64,000 nt of DNA from Cenarchaeum sp. (GCA_965242695.1 CBDESU010000002.1:448001-512000); one strand, 5' to 3'; numbered from the stretch's first letter, positions 41,002 to 52,000 are shown. Notes: a model not told the origin generated them from the sequence alone. Numbers and translations: made by a program.

Positions 41002-43788
41002 TCAGGGAAGCCACCCCCCGCCCCCAAGATGCCGCTCCGGTTCATCTGTCAAGAGATCCACGCTTCGGCTTTTCATGGCGTTGTCCGTTTCGCTCTTTCG
41101 ATCGTCTGTGGCTCGTCCTATTGGTCGCGGGCTGGGATTTAACGTAGGCCATTTTTTGTTTATGTACATTAACATCTCTCTTGGGCCATGTGCTCTGCAT
41201 GTGCTGCCCACCCTCACAAAAAACTCGTGCTTTCCTTCCAGCTCTTTCTTGAGCGTCACGGGTCCATCCTGAGACATACTGGCGGCACAGTGAAGAACAT
41301 CATGACCTCTGATCTCCACAATGTTGTAGTCAAAATAGCCGTAGCAATCGGCCCCCAAGTATTCTACTATGATGTCTGTCAGGCGTCGCAATGCGTCGTC
41401 CTTTTGTTTATGTGTCATCTTGTCGGCGCCGGGTGTAACTCCCACCACCTTGCCGTCGTCGTCAACGCCAATCAGCAGATGTCCCCCGTCCGTGTTCAAA
41501 AAGCTGCACAGTACTATAGCTATTTTTTCTGATATTTTTTTTGATCTGGCAGACCCTTCTAGATGCGGGGCAGGCCATGTTTTGAATTCTAGCACTTTAG
41601 ATTCGTTCTTGGACAGAAGGGACTCAACCAAGCGTGCTCGGTCGCCGCCGCGTGCAGGCCCTGGCGCAGGAGCGTATCGGCGATCCACGCGGCTCGTTGC
41701 GGCTTCCGTAGCAGGTGTAATCGAAGCGGCCGAAGCGTGCTTCCCCGCGCCGGTAGAAGTTGCCGCTCCTTGCGCCGCTGCGGTCCCAAGTTCCTCTCCC
41801 GCATAGTGTCCGATCGGCTTGTCTGCCAGTTTGAGTTCATCTAGGCAGGAGATGCGCCCTACGTATGCGTCGGAGTTGCCGGGGCTCAGTTCAAGCGCCC
41901 TGTCAAAGTGCGCAAGGGCCTCGCTGATCAGGTTCAGGCGCAGGAGAGAGAGGGCTTTGTTGTAGTGCGCGGCGGCGTTGCCGGGATCGATCCCGAGCGC
42001 CCTGTCAAAGTGCGCGAGGGCCTCGCAGTCCCTGCCCAGCTTTGCGAGCACGGTCCCCATGTTGTTGTATGCACCGGTGCTGCCGGGATCTAGACTAACG
42101 ACCTTTCTGTATTCTCCAAGCGCCCTGCGCAGGCGACCCGTCGACTGCAGGGACAGTGCTCGGTTGTAGCGCGGGACGGGCTGATTCGGATCGATTTGAA
42201 GCGCCTCGTCAAAACATGCAAGCGCCTCTTCGTGGCGGCCCAGGTCAACCAGTATGCCGCCCATGTTCGAGAGCGCGGGCTGGTCTCTAGGCTTTGCCGC
42301 TACGACCGCTTCACAGTGGGGCAGTGCTTCGGCAAAGCGGCCCAGATCGCGCAGCAGATAGGACATAAGTAGGTGGAAGTCCGTGCTGCTGGCGCCAAGA
42401 TCGACCGCCCGGCGGCAGTGCGCCAGAGCCTCTTCCTGGCGCCCCAGCTCGCGCAGGGAGAGCGCCGTGATAAAGTGCGGCCGGGAGTCACCAGAATCGA
42501 CCGCCATGGCCCGGTCGGACCACTTTATGACTTCCTCGTGCGATCTCAGCGCAAACAGCGCGGTTGTAATAGGGAGGTACGAGTCGATGCTGTCCGGCGC
42601 CGCCTCGACCGACTTGCAGGCAGCAGAGACCGCGTCTTCGTGGCGGCCCAACTTCGACAGGCATGCTACCACCCGCGCATGCGCAGCGGGGTTCTTCGGC
42701 GCCAACTTGGCCAACTGTTCTGCGTGCGGCAGGGCCTCTTCGTCGCGCCCCAATTGAAGCAACAAGTCAGACATGCTCTGGCGTGCTTCTATGTTGGCAG
42801 GATCGAGCCGTATAGCCCTCTGATAGTGGGACATAGCCTCAGTGTGGCGGCCGAGCCTGTTCAGAATTGCACCACGCACCATGTATGCTTGGGGGATGTA
42901 AGGCCCCTGTAGTACGGCGCGACTTGAATGCGGCAGGGCCTTTGCGTAGCGACCAAGCTTGTACAGGCAGTAGGCCATGGCGATGTAGCCGCTGGCGTCG
43001 GTGGGATCTACCCTAGTTGCCGCCCTGCAGTGCTTTAGCGCATCCTTGTGCCGTCCCATCTCTGCCAGTGACCGGGCCATCCTGAAATACAGGTCTACAG
43101 AGGGCGCGCCCAGCCCTGCGGCCGTCTTGTAGGCTGCATGTGCCTCTTTGTATTGGCCTTCCTTGAAGAGCTTGTCGCCGCCGTCTACGTATACTTGGCG
43201 CCTTGCCGCATCTACCCCGCTACGGGTGGGCGCCTGTTCTGCAGTCCAGCGCCCGTACTGGCCGCCCGACGGGGCCGCCTGCCGACCGCCCTTCAGGAGG
43301 GTCTCGTTGTGGATGTACAGGGGTTCATCCATGGTTAAGGGCTCTGCTTCATCCCACTTTGCCCTCCCTTGCGCGAGCTTGCGTCTCGAGTCAACCGGAA
43401 GCGCGTCCCACTTTTCCCTGATGCGGGTGCGGCCCCGCGGTGCGATCTCGAACCGAACGGCGGCCGGATCCCCGCCGTCCCCCGTCATCTTTACGCTGTT
43501 CGAAAAGGCCAAGTTGTCTAGGGCAAACTCGACGTCCTCGCTGCGCGGCCCGCCCGGCCCCTTCTCGAACGCGGCCGTCTCGACGTCCGGCCCGCCAAGC
43601 ACCCCCCTCAGGGCCAGGAGGACCTCGCCGGTCAGGCGGCCGAGGCCCTTGACGGGGCGGTCGCCGGCGTTCAGTACCAGCAGGACTACATCCTCGATCG
43701 TCAGCGACACGTCGACCGTGCGCCCAACGAACTCGTCGAACTCGCGCAGTGGAAGGGGCCCCTGGCGGCCCGCGCCGGAGCCCGTCAT
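41002..43788 (-). CDS. wHTH-TPR array-Schlafen AlbA_2 protein, 928 aa
   Basis: Start reassigned to ATG 43788 (ATGA overlap). Many 34-aa TPRs (AYNNMGTVLAKLGRDCEALAHFDRALGIDP). C-terminal ESKVLEFK...SFLNTDGGHLLIGVDDDG...FFVRVGST. Confidence 0.88.
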   Translation of the reverse strand: MTGSGAGRQGPLPLREFDEFVGRTVDVSLTIEDVVLLVLNAGDRPVKGLGRLTGEVLLALRGVLGGPDVETAAFEKGPGGPRSEDVEFALDNLAFSNSVKMTGDGGDPAAVRFEIAPRGRTRIREKWDALPVDSRRKLAQGRAKWDEAEPLTMDEPLYIHNETLLKGGRQAAPSGGQYGRWTAEQAPTRSGVDAARRQVYVDGGDKLFKEGQYKEAHAAYKTAAGLGAPSVDLYFRMARSLAEMGRHKDALKHCRAATRVDPTDASGYIAMAYCLYKLGRYAKALPHSSRAVLQGPYIPQAYMVRGAILNRLGRHTEAMSHYQRAIRLDPANIEARQSMSDLLLQLGRDEEALPHAEQLAKLAPKNPAAHARVVACLSKLGRHEDAVSAACKSVEAAPDSIDSYLPITTALFALRSHEEVIKWSDRAMAVDSGDSRPHFITALSLRELGRQEEALAHCRRAVDLGASSTDFHLLMSYLLRDLGRFAEALPHCEAVVAAKPRDQPALSNMGGILVDLGRHEEALACFDEALQIDPNQPVPRYNRALSLQSTGRLRRALGEYRKVVSLDPGSTGAYNNMGTVLAKLGRDCEALAHFDRALGIDPGNAAAHYNKALSLLRLNLISEALAHFDRALELSPGNSDAYVGRISCLDELKLADKPIGHYAGEELGTAAAQGAATSTGAGKHASAASITPATEAATSRVDRRYAPAPGPARGGDRARLVESLLSKNESKVLEFKTWPAPHLEGSARSKKISEKIAIVLCSFLNTDGGHLLIGVDDDGKVVGVTPGADKMTHKQKDDALRRLTDIIVEYLGADCYGYFDYNIVEIRGHDVLHCAASMSQDGPVTLKKELEGKHEFFVRVGSTCRAHGPREMLMYINKKWPTLNPSPRPIGRATDDRKSETDNAMKSRSVDLLTDEPERHLGGGGWLP

Positions 43789-44258
43789 ATGCGGCTCAGC
43801 CCCCCGAGGGTGTAGCGGGACGCGCCGCCCTGCCCGCCGTCCCTCCTGACTAGCGGGCCGAACGTTCGCACGCCGCCGTGCACGAAGCATGCGATCAGCT
43901 CGTCCCCGTCGACGGACACCGACAGTGCGGATCGGCGGCCGCGAGCCCTCCTCACGACGGCGGTGCAGTGCCGGGCCAGAAGATCGCGGGCCGTCATGCC
44001 CCTGCCGTGGTAGCACTGGATCTGGAGGGCCGCGCGGCGCTCCACCTGCAGACCGGGCAGTAGGGTCCTGGCGTCCCTCCCCGTGTAGATGTACTCGATC
44101 ATGCACCCGTAGCACTTTAGGTACGTCTCGCCGCGGCCCGACAGCCGCAGGGTGGCCCCGATGCCGCCCGCACTGGCGCCCATCTCGACTCCCGCGAGCC
44201 ACGGCCCCCTTTCGACCGGGCGGCCGCCGCAAAAGGGGCACTGGTTCTGGAGGGCCAT
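43785..44258 (-). CDS. Zn-ribbon protein (CPFC...CYGC), cassette copy 2, 157 aa
   Basis: Shares LxVERR, GxGxTAxDLLARHxTA, SVSV, ELxxCFxxGGVRTFG with 9737..10201. TTTATTAC at 44281-44288. Confidence 0.8.
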   Translation of the reverse strand: MALQNQCPFCGGRPVERGPWLAGVEMGASAGGIGATLRLSGRGETYLKCYGCMIEYIYTGRDARTLLPGLQVERRAALQIQCYHGRGMTARDLLARHCTAVVRRARGRRSALSVSVDGDELIACFVHGGVRTFGPLVRRDGGQGGASRYTLGGLSRI

Positions 44259-44785
44259 GGAAGGGAGGCCGGAGGCCGGTGTAATAAAGTGGGCCGGGCG
44301 GCAGCGCAAATGACGAGTTCGGCCGCTCGATGGCGTAAGGGCGCCACAGGGATGCGGCCGCCCTAGGCGGCTGTCGGGTGGACTCCAGCCGGGCACGGGC
44401 GGGGCGTCCGGCGGCAGGGGGATCAGGAATGGCCCGCCCGGCCGCGCACCGCTGCCGATCCGCGTTTTCGGCCGGCCCGAGCGGGAGCTGTTGAGGGCGA
44501 GGATGCGGAGAGAGAGGCCGCGGCCGCGCGCGACGGCGCAGAACGCAGGGTTCCTTGGCCGGCAGCGCGCCCCGTTAGGCCGCTGGACGCGACGCGCGCG
44601 GGGCGTCCCCTGCACGAGCCTGCGCGGCCGCCCCAGGCCCAAGACCCGCCCACGCCCGCACCGAAGGCCCGTGCCGTGAACGCCCCTGTCAAGCCGGGCC
44701 GCGGCGTCAGATTTGAACACCAGAGATGTGGCGGGACGCGGTGCCTTTTCCGGCATGCCGTGGCCATGACAGCCGCCTGCGACCT

Positions 44786-47700
44786 TCATTCGTCTCCGCT
44801 CCTGCCGCCGTTAGTCTCAATGCTGACCCTGTGTTTGATTGAGCCGTCGACAAGGCTGCATGCGGCCCACATGTCAAGCCAGCCCTCCCACTCGTCGTCG
44901 GTCGTCGCAAAATCGCCAAGCATGCGCTTGTTGGCTACCGCCCTCCACACTATTCCATATCCTCTTGCGCGCAGGAAATCCTCCATTGCGTCCCTCCTGA
45001 ACAGCAGCGCTGTGGGCCCGCACTCTGTGGCGCGGGGATCGCGGGCTATTGTCGCGCCGCTCTCGTCGCAAAAAACCCCCCTGCCGTCGTGCCTGAGGCG
45101 CAGGGCGTCCACAAGGAGCCCGCTCGGAACGCTGTGGTCGAAGTGAACGGCCGTTGAGTAGTCGTACTCGCCAAAGCGGGAAACCCTGACGTGCACGTTT
45201 GGGCATGCCATGACGGGGCCGCGCTTTCGCCCAACGAAAACCTCCCTCCAAGGTGAGCCCGGCTTTCCGGCCGGCATGCGGGAGCGTTCCGAGTTGTATA
45301 GCTCGCCTATGAAGGTGAGCCATGGCGCCTCGCTGTCGTGCGCGGCTCCCGTCCACGACTTGGGCGTGGACCATCGCTTGGCCAGTGCGTTCGCATCCCC
45401 GCTCTTGACCAGAAAGCTGTCCATGTAAAAGTCAAGCGATCGGTACGGCGTCGCGTGGACCTCCTGATCGCTGGGGATTCTGCGGTCTGGGTTGAAAAGC
45501 GTGCCGAGTACGAGCCACTCGGCGCCGTCGTCTCCGGCAATCGAGACCATCTTTTTGATGTCGGGAAGGTTCGTGCGCGAGTGTACCCACTCCGCATCGT
45601 CAAGATGCTCGTCCCAGCTGTGCCGGTATCCAATATAGGGCGCATCCATCTCGCCACGCCGTCCCGTGCAGGAGAACGGCCCAGAGAGGAGCTGCGAGGG
45701 ATCTATGTCCCTTCCGCGGTGCAGCTGCTGAGACGAGTGGTACGCGCCGAATCCCTGCAGGGGCGGATCGCCGTTGAACTCGTAGTTGTCGCACAGGCGT
45801 GCGAGCAGCTCGTGGTATGCGATCCACTGGTACTTTTTCCCCACCCGCTCGCGCCCCTCGCCGTGGGGGAACCACGGGTGGCGCCGTACCGCGCCGTCGT
45901 GCTCGCCAAACAGGTCGCTCTTCCAACCCAGCTCAAACACCCTCACCGCAATCCAGCGCGCGACATCCCGCGGATCAAAGCGCGGGCCAAAGGGTGCGTT
46001 CCCCTTCACGGGAAGGTCAAACCACGACAGTGCGCCTCCCAGCGCGGCTCGCTGTTCGGGATCCAACAGCCCCTCGAGCTTTTGCATCTGCAGCCTTGCA
46101 GCTTGTTCCAAGTCAAGTGCACGGGGCGGGGCCTGCCCGCCGCGGATCGGAGGCGGTGCCTCTTCCTCTTCGCGCCCCGCCTTCAGGTAAAGCAGGCGCA
46201 GCAGCTTCTCCCAGTGCGGTTTCTGCTTGGGGGTCATGCTCTGATGCAGTCTGGCGAGGGCCGTCGCCCGAGGCAGGCGGCCCGGCAGGAATGGAGTATC
46301 GGACCAGCTGGGATCCCTCATTCCCTTGTCCAAGATGTAGGTGTAGAAGTCGCCGTGTGTGCCCAGCGACAAAAAAAGCTTCGATGCACCGCGGCGTCTG
46401 GGATCCGTTGACGTGTTTTCAGCTTTCAGCCTGTCCACCTGCTCTTGGGTGGGAAACCGCCCGATCCAATCGCTAGAGTACGGCGGGGCGCATTTGTCGA
46501 GATCAACGCACGGCTTGCAGCCCCTGTGCAGCGCCTCGTCTATGATCAGGCGCGCATAGTCCCTGAGCAGGACGTCGGCGGGGGGACGGCCCTCTTTGAA
46601 CACGGCCTCGTACGTGTGCTGCGCAAGCCTTTCCAAGTCGGCATCCGATCTTGCGTACAGGGCGCATCCATAGGCAACGCAGTAGAGGCGCTCCATCACG
46701 TAGGGATCGTTGCACGCGGAGAACCTGTCAAGTATGCGGATCAGTACGTCCGTGTGGCCCGAGAGCAGCGACACCATGGCCTTGGTGGCCCCGTCCCGGA
46801 CGTTTCTGTTGTGGCACGCCAGGAACCACGCAAGCGCTATGCCGGCAAGCTCGACCACTTCCGGCCGGGCGGCAGACTTGTCGGCATCGCGGCCCCATGC
46901 AATGAGCCTGCGCACGACGCTGTCGTCCTCGTAGTAGTCCGAGTCCAGGAATACGGACCATGTGGCGTCCCTGTCTGCCATTGGGAGGGGCCTGAGGATC
47001 GCATCCAGGCGCTCGGCGTTGAGCCGGTGCGCGGGGACGGCGCAGACGGCGAGCAGCGATCTAAAGGCGGCGTGCGGCTCGATGCGGCGCTTCAGGCACT
47101 TGTCGACTAGGCCTGTGGCGTATGGGCCCACGCTGCGCGGGCTCCTCCAGGCTAGGCTCGCAAGGAACGGCCCATATAGTGCGCTAGCCGCATCGCTCGG
47201 TGCCACTTCGATCAGCTCCCTGCCGAATTTTTCTGGAATCTGGATCGAGAGCGCCTCGATCATGCCCCTGCGCCCCTGCATCCCTTTCAGGCACTTGCCC
47301 AGTCTGCCGCCGCCGGCAAGGAGGCCAGGCAGCTCGCCTGCCGTGGAGCCGGCCAGGGCGGACTGGATCACCAGGTTTTCCGCCAGCCGCTCGTAGGCAA
47401 ATCCGACTATGCGCCGCGGCCTGCCCTCGGCATGCGCGTAGTCTACGCTCAGCACACCCTCGCGAACCAGTAGCGACAGGAGGGACCTTGACTCGCCGGC
47501 CTCGGGGTGGATTTGTACGAGCCTGTCGTAGGCAACCTCGTAGTCTACGCGCCATGAGCCGCCGTCGATCATCAGTTCCGCAATCGCATCCACCGCCCTG
47601 CCGACCAGGAGCTTTTCCCGCGGGCGGTCCAGGTGGTCCGTTCCCGAGAGCTTTTCGTTGACCGAGTCTATGTACATGTTGTAGACCGACATTAGGGAGA

Positions 47701-49288
47701 ATTTGTCCTCTGGCATGCGAGTCAGGCCCATGTTTTTGAGGCCCTTGCACAGGGTGACAAGGAACAGCGGGTTTGAAAACTCCGGCGTCAGCAGGGGCAG
47801 GCCGGGCCTCTCGATCTTGTTTGCATCAAAGAGTGCCTGCACGGCCTTGTAGGTCAGGTCGCCAAACCCCGCATGCGTGATCGATGCCGCCTTGGCCGGC
47901 ACGATGCCGTCCGGGACCACAAGGTTTTCGTACGTAGTCCTGACGCTCAGCGCAATCGCGATCCAGGGATGGCGGCCCACTGCGTCAAGGAGCTCGGGCA
48001 GGTGCCTGGGCCAGACCGAGGGCCCCCCGCCCTCGTTGAGCGCGTCGACGAGTATGAGCGCCCGGGATCTGCTGGCCTCGCCGGCGGCGTCCAGCGCGGA
48101 CAGGAACTCGGACAGTGTCGTGTCCAGGTCAAGCTTGGTCCTGATTCTTTCTAGGGGGTCGCCGCCCTCAAAGTCCGAGCCGTGCAGCAGTATGGTGGGC
48201 ATCGCCTCCTTGCGCCGGCGCTCTGCCACATCGCAAAAGAGGTGGGTCTTGCCGGCCCCGGCGTCGCCGCGCACGACGAGGGCCTTTTTGCTCGCCGATT
48301 CGTACTCGCCGCTGCCGACCCTGGCGCCAAGGCCTAGCAGCAGGTGGCGGAGCTCGTTCAGGTGGTGCAGCTCGCCGCCGAACGGCCGCGGGGCGCTCCC
48401 TGACTGGGCTGTGCCGCCGCCGCCTGCAGGCTCGCTACGCATCTCGCGCAGGCTGTCGATGATCTTCCGCACTAGTTCATCGGCTGTGGAAGAGGACTTG
48501 GCGATCGCACGGTAGTCTAGGGGATCGGCCGGCGACTCCCCCGCGGCCACGGCGCCGGCTATTGCGCGGGCCTTGGCGCCGAGGGACTCCAGATCGCCCG
48601 CTGCGTGCTCGCGGGCGCCCGGCGTGGAGGCCCTGTGGCAGTGCGTCTTGATCCGGTTGGCCGCCTCCCGCAGCGCCTTGCGGAATTCGGGGGTCCGGCA
48701 GAGGCACTCGAACGCAAACGAGACGGGCAGGTCCACGTGCATCTCGGGAGTGTAGCGGGGTCCCGCCCTTTCGATGGCGGTTGCAAGGTTTCTTTCAAAC
48801 CAGGCGGCGGACAGGTACTCCTTATCGAAAAAGTACCTGCGGCGGCCCGTATGCTCTGGTCGGTTCAGCCTTTCGTCGATCTCGGCCGATCCCCAGAACT
48901 CGACGTCCATGCCCGTTTCTTCCCTCCATGCCGCCGTCCACTCGCCCCACTTGTCACGAAATTTCTTGTCACGCCCTTGCCTCTGGTTGACAGGGAGGCA
49001 CACGATATATTTTGTCATGCTCGGGTGGGCCTCATGGGCTTTCCTTATCGATCTGTCGATCTGCTTCTTTTGTGTACTCTGTACTCCTTTTTTGTGGAAC
49101 TTGGCCTGCCAGCCAATCTCGGTTCCGTCTGGCATTATCCAAAAACACTCCACCCCTCCATCCGGCGGGTCCAGCCTTACAAATTTGGTTCCGTTAACAG
49201 CTTTTTCACGCGCCGCCAGCTGGCAACACAACTCCTCAAAGCTTTCCTGCTGGCTTGGGTCGGGCCTTAGCTTGTCCCAGTCTATCAA
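44786..49288 (-). CDS. Mrr-like nuclease-STAND NTPase (Avs2/Avs4-like), ~1500 aa
   Basis: FEELCCQL...DGGVEC...IGWQAKF nuclease, GDAGAGKT, LILVDALNE, NPLFL and ERVGKKYQWIAYHELLARL. TTG start 49288. Confidence 0.88.
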   Translation of the reverse strand: MIDWDKLRPDPSQQESFEELCCQLAAREKAVNGTKFVRLDPPDGGVECFWIMPDGTEIGWQAKFHKKGVQSTQKKQIDRSIRKAHEAHPSMTKYIVCLPVNQRQGRDKKFRDKWGEWTAAWREETGMDVEFWGSAEIDERLNRPEHTGRRRYFFDKEYLSAAWFERNLATAIERAGPRYTPEMHVDLPVSFAFECLCRTPEFRKALREAANRIKTHCHRASTPGAREHAAGDLESLGAKARAIAGAVAAGESPADPLDYRAIAKSSSTADELVRKIIDSLREMRSEPAGGGGTAQSGSAPRPFGGELHHLNELRHLLLGLGARVGSGEYESASKKALVVRGDAGAGKTHLFCDVAERRRKEAMPTILLHGSDFEGGDPLERIRTKLDLDTTLSEFLSALDAAGEASRSRALILVDALNEGGGPSVWPRHLPELLDAVGRHPWIAIALSVRTTYENLVVPDGIVPAKAASITHAGFGDLTYKAVQALFDANKIERPGLPLLTPEFSNPLFLVTLCKGLKNMGLTRMPEDKFSLMSVYNMYIDSVNEKLSGTDHLDRPREKLLVGRAVDAIAELMIDGGSWRVDYEVAYDRLVQIHPEAGESRSLLSLLVREGVLSVDYAHAEGRPRRIVGFAYERLAENLVIQSALAGSTAGELPGLLAGGGRLGKCLKGMQGRRGMIEALSIQIPEKFGRELIEVAPSDAASALYGPFLASLAWRSPRSVGPYATGLVDKCLKRRIEPHAAFRSLLAVCAVPAHRLNAERLDAILRPLPMADRDATWSVFLDSDYYEDDSVVRRLIAWGRDADKSAARPEVVELAGIALAWFLACHNRNVRDGATKAMVSLLSGHTDVLIRILDRFSACNDPYVMERLYCVAYGCALYARSDADLERLAQHTYEAVFKEGRPPADVLLRDYARLIIDEALHRGCKPCVDLDKCAPPYSSDWIGRFPTQEQVDRLKAENTSTDPRRRGASKLFLSLGTHGDFYTYILDKGMRDPSWSDTPFLPGRLPRATALARLHQSMTPKQKPHWEKLLRLLYLKAGREEEEAPPPIRGGQAPPRALDLEQAARLQMQKLEGLLDPEQRAALGGALSWFDLPVKGNAPFGPRFDPRDVARWIAVRVFELGWKSDLFGEHDGAVRRHPWFPHGEGRERVGKKYQWIAYHELLARLCDNYEFNGDPPLQGFGAYHSSQQLHRGRDIDPSQLLSGPFSCTGRRGEMDAPYIGYRHSWDEHLDDAEWVHSRTNLPDIKKMVSIAGDDGAEWLVLGTLFNPDRRIPSDQEVHATPYRSLDFYMDSFLVKSGDANALAKRWSTPKSWTGAAHDSEAPWLTFIGELYNSERSRMPAGKPGSPWREVFVGRKRGPVMACPNVHVRVSRFGEYDYSTAVHFDHSVPSGLLVDALRLRHDGRGVFCDESGATIARDPRATECGPTALLFRRDAMEDFLRARGYGIVWRAVANKRMLGDFATTDDEWEGWLDMWAACSLVDGSIKHRVSIETNGGRSGDE

Positions 49289-49678
49289 GCCGTGATCACC
49301 CCTTGTGGGAGGAGCGGCGGCTGGATGATGCCGCGCCAGCGCGGTCGTCGCCGTCCCCAAGGAGGGCCACATCAGCGCGCGGTACAGCCCCGATGCCAGT
49401 GGTGGGCACGACGGAGTGTGAACGGGCAGGGAGCCGCGCGCGGTGGCTCGATCCAGACTGCCTGCGTTGGCGGGAATGGCATCCTCGGTACGGGGGCTGG
49501 CAGGCCACTGCGACCCCGCCAAAGGCGCGACATCCGGAGCGCGGGCAGGCAAGATCAAAGGGAATGAGCTCGCAAGTGTCAACGCAGAGCCCGACTGCGC
49601 AGTAGAAGGGGTGCGATGCCGGAGCCGCACACGGTTTGCCGCGGAGATGTGCCCGCAATGATGACAAGCGTCGCGGCA

Positions 49679-52000
49679 TCAGAGATCGCCCCCACGCGTC
49701 GCGGCCGCCTCAGGGCCGCCCCACCTGTTCTCAAACCACTTGTCGGTCACTCTCACCCTGCCCGATGCCACGGACTTTAAGCTAATCCAATCTATCTCAA
49801 AATTACCCACGTAGCCAGAGAGGAGACGGTCCTTGATTTTTTCTATTGCCGCCATGACGAGCCCCAGCTGCCTTACAGTCGGGGGCGACTTCATAACAAA
49901 CCCGTATGCCCTGTGGTCCCGTGCGCGGATAATGGCGCTTGGCGTGAGTTGTTCGGCCGAGTCGACAGAATCTATGACAAAAAAGCTTTTGTCTAGTCCC
50001 GGAGGAGGGTTGTCGCCGACCAGCAAGACGACGACTACATTGGCGGCGCTATTGATGTTATCCATGGCGGCCCTGATTGCTTCAGTCACCACTGCATCCT
50101 GCGCATCAATGATGTGGATCCTGATTTGCTGGCCGCTGCACAGCATGTCGGCAAACGTGCTGTTCACACCTTGATTAGCTAGGTTTGCCAGCGGGTCAAA
50201 TCCAGACGGCGGCACAGGGTCAGGGGCGGGGCTTAGCCCCAGGTACAGCTGGAACATCTTGGCCACTAGCTCGACGGAACTTGTGCGCATCATGGCCACT
50301 GCGCGTCGGGCCTGGTCGGTGTGTAGCCTCAGCGTATCGGGGGGATCGGACGGGGTGTCGGGCGAGCCGATCTGAAGACGACACTGCTTCATCTCGTCTG
50401 GCGCCGAGACCGAAGCCACATCCGCTACGACGCCAGACAGGTCTTTCCATTGATCCGCAGCGGCTCGCCGATCAAAGCGCTCGCCGTGCCCGTCCATGCG
50501 GCTCTTGGAGTTGGCGATGTCGACCATGGCGTCTAGCATACTGTCATAGGCGTCGACAAAGGCGCGCTCTTCCTCGACGTGTGTCCCGCCCTTGAACCGG
50601 GATAGTGTCCCCCTTACCGTGAACTCGTCGCCGTTGTTGTCTAGGTAGCCTTCGTCTGTGAGCAGCATGAAAAGATCCCGCGCCGCCGACGCCTCGTGGG
50701 GGCTATACTCTTTCGTGGTTCCACCAACACCTATCTTGCGGCCGCTTATCGTAATTGTCTGGCCTAGCATGGCTTCCGAGCTCTTGGCTAGGTAGTACAT
50801 GATCTCCAGCATGTCGTCGTTGTACTCCTGCCTCGAGAGCGAGCCATAGGCCTTCCTGTCGTACACGTACTTGATGGCCCTCTGCAGGTTGGCGGCGGTC
50901 CTTTCCTTGTCAGTCAGGTCAGCCCGGATGACGGGGCGCCCGAGATTATCGGTGCCTGTTCTCTGGTCGCGTATGGCCCTGTAGAGGGCGAAAAAATCGG
51001 CCTCGGCCTTGTAGCAGAGATAGCACAGGAGATCGGCATATTGCTCGTCGGTAAGATCGGCGCTACGCTCACCGACTATGTCGTCGGTGAACTTCTCCAT
51101 CTCTTCAAACAGCGAGCGCTTGACGTACAGGAGATCGGAAAACACCGTGTAGTCGCTGCTTAATCTGGATTCTATGTCGCCGATCTTGTCGGGGGACGTT
51201 ATGAAGATGTACAGCGCCCCGCCCTGGTTGATGAGCATCTTCAGCGGGGCCATGATGGCGGGGGCGGTCTGCCCGTCCACCTTGTCGAACTCGTCCAAGA
51301 TGAACACGACCTTGTGGGTTGTTGCGTGGGCTTGAAGCATCTGCTCGAAGTCGCACTGCATGTCGGCAAGGCCATAGTCGTGACGTGACGACGTATCACG
51401 TCTGCTGTGCATGCCCAGACCTGCGGCCAGTATCGGCGCAGGGGCCAATGCGGCCAATGCTGTCACCCACCAGAGATCCCCGAGCGGCTGATTCCCGTAC
51501 TGTAGTAAGAACAGAGCTAGGGCTGAGGGAGGTATCATGCCACAGCGAAGCGACCACACCGCCGTCTTTGAAGTATGACTCGTCCTGAATTTTTCTGTTG
51601 CCGTTGCGTTCTCATGCAGTTTGTCGACCTGCTTGCGCAGGGAGTGGGCGCGGCGGTTGCCGGACACCGCCCGCCGCAGGGAGCGTATTAGGCTGACAAG
51701 CAGCTCCTTCTTGTCGATCGGGCCGCCGGACTCGATCGACGTGGCCCTGACAAGGACGGGGAGTACCGTCTTGCTCTGCGGCCTGCGGCCTGCCGCCCGG
51801 TTCACCGCGGTGAACACCAGGCTGGTCTTGCCAGACCCGCGCCGCCCGACTACCAGCATAGACCCTTCGTCGCGCCTCTCGACAAAGTCGGCTACTGCCG
51901 CCAGTTCTTCAAGCCGGCTGGCATGGTGGCCCCTCGGGTCGCCAAGCCTGGGCTGGTAGTCCCAGTCCTGCTTGAGGGTGACGGTGGGGACAGTGCTCAT
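49679..52000 (-). CDS. KAP-like P-loop NTPase with two TM helices inserted
   Basis: Walker A GRRGSGKTS and Walker B VFILDEFDK with a hydrophobic hairpin between them. Confidence 0.75.
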   Translation of the reverse strand: MSTVPTVTLKQDWDYQPRLGDPRGHHASRLEELAAVADFVERRDEGSMLVVGRRGSGKTSLVFTAVNRAAGRRPQSKTVLPVLVRATSIESGGPIDKKELLVSLIRSLRRAVSGNRRAHSLRKQVDKLHENATATEKFRTSHTSKTAVWSLRCGMIPPSALALFLLQYGNQPLGDLWWVTALAALAPAPILAAGLGMHSRRDTSSRHDYGLADMQCDFEQMLQAHATTHKVVFILDEFDKVDGQTAPAIMAPLKMLINQGGALYIFITSPDKIGDIESRLSSDYTVFSDLLYVKRSLFEEMEKFTDDIVGERSADLTDEQYADLLCYLCYKAEADFFALYRAIRDQRTGTDNLGRPVIRADLTDKERTAANLQRAIKYVYDRKAYGSLSRQEYNDDMLEIMYYLAKSSEAMLGQTITISGRKIGVGGTTKEYSPHEASAARDLFMLLTDEGYLDNNGDEFTVRGTLSRFKGGTHVEEERAFVDAYDSMLDAMVDIANSKSRMDGHGERFDRRAAADQWKDLSGVVADVASVSAPDEMKQCRLQIGSPDTPSDPPDTLRLHTDQARRAVAMMRTSSVELVAKMFQLYLGLSPAPDPVPPSGFDPLANLANQGVNSTFADMLCSGQQIRIHIIDAQDAVVTEAIRAAMDNINSAANVVVVLLVGDNPPPGLDKSFFVIDSVDSAEQLTPSAIIRARDHRAYGFVMKSPPTVRQLGLVMAAIEKIKDRLLSGYVGNFEIDWISLKSVASGRVRVTDKWFENRWGGPEAAATRGGDL

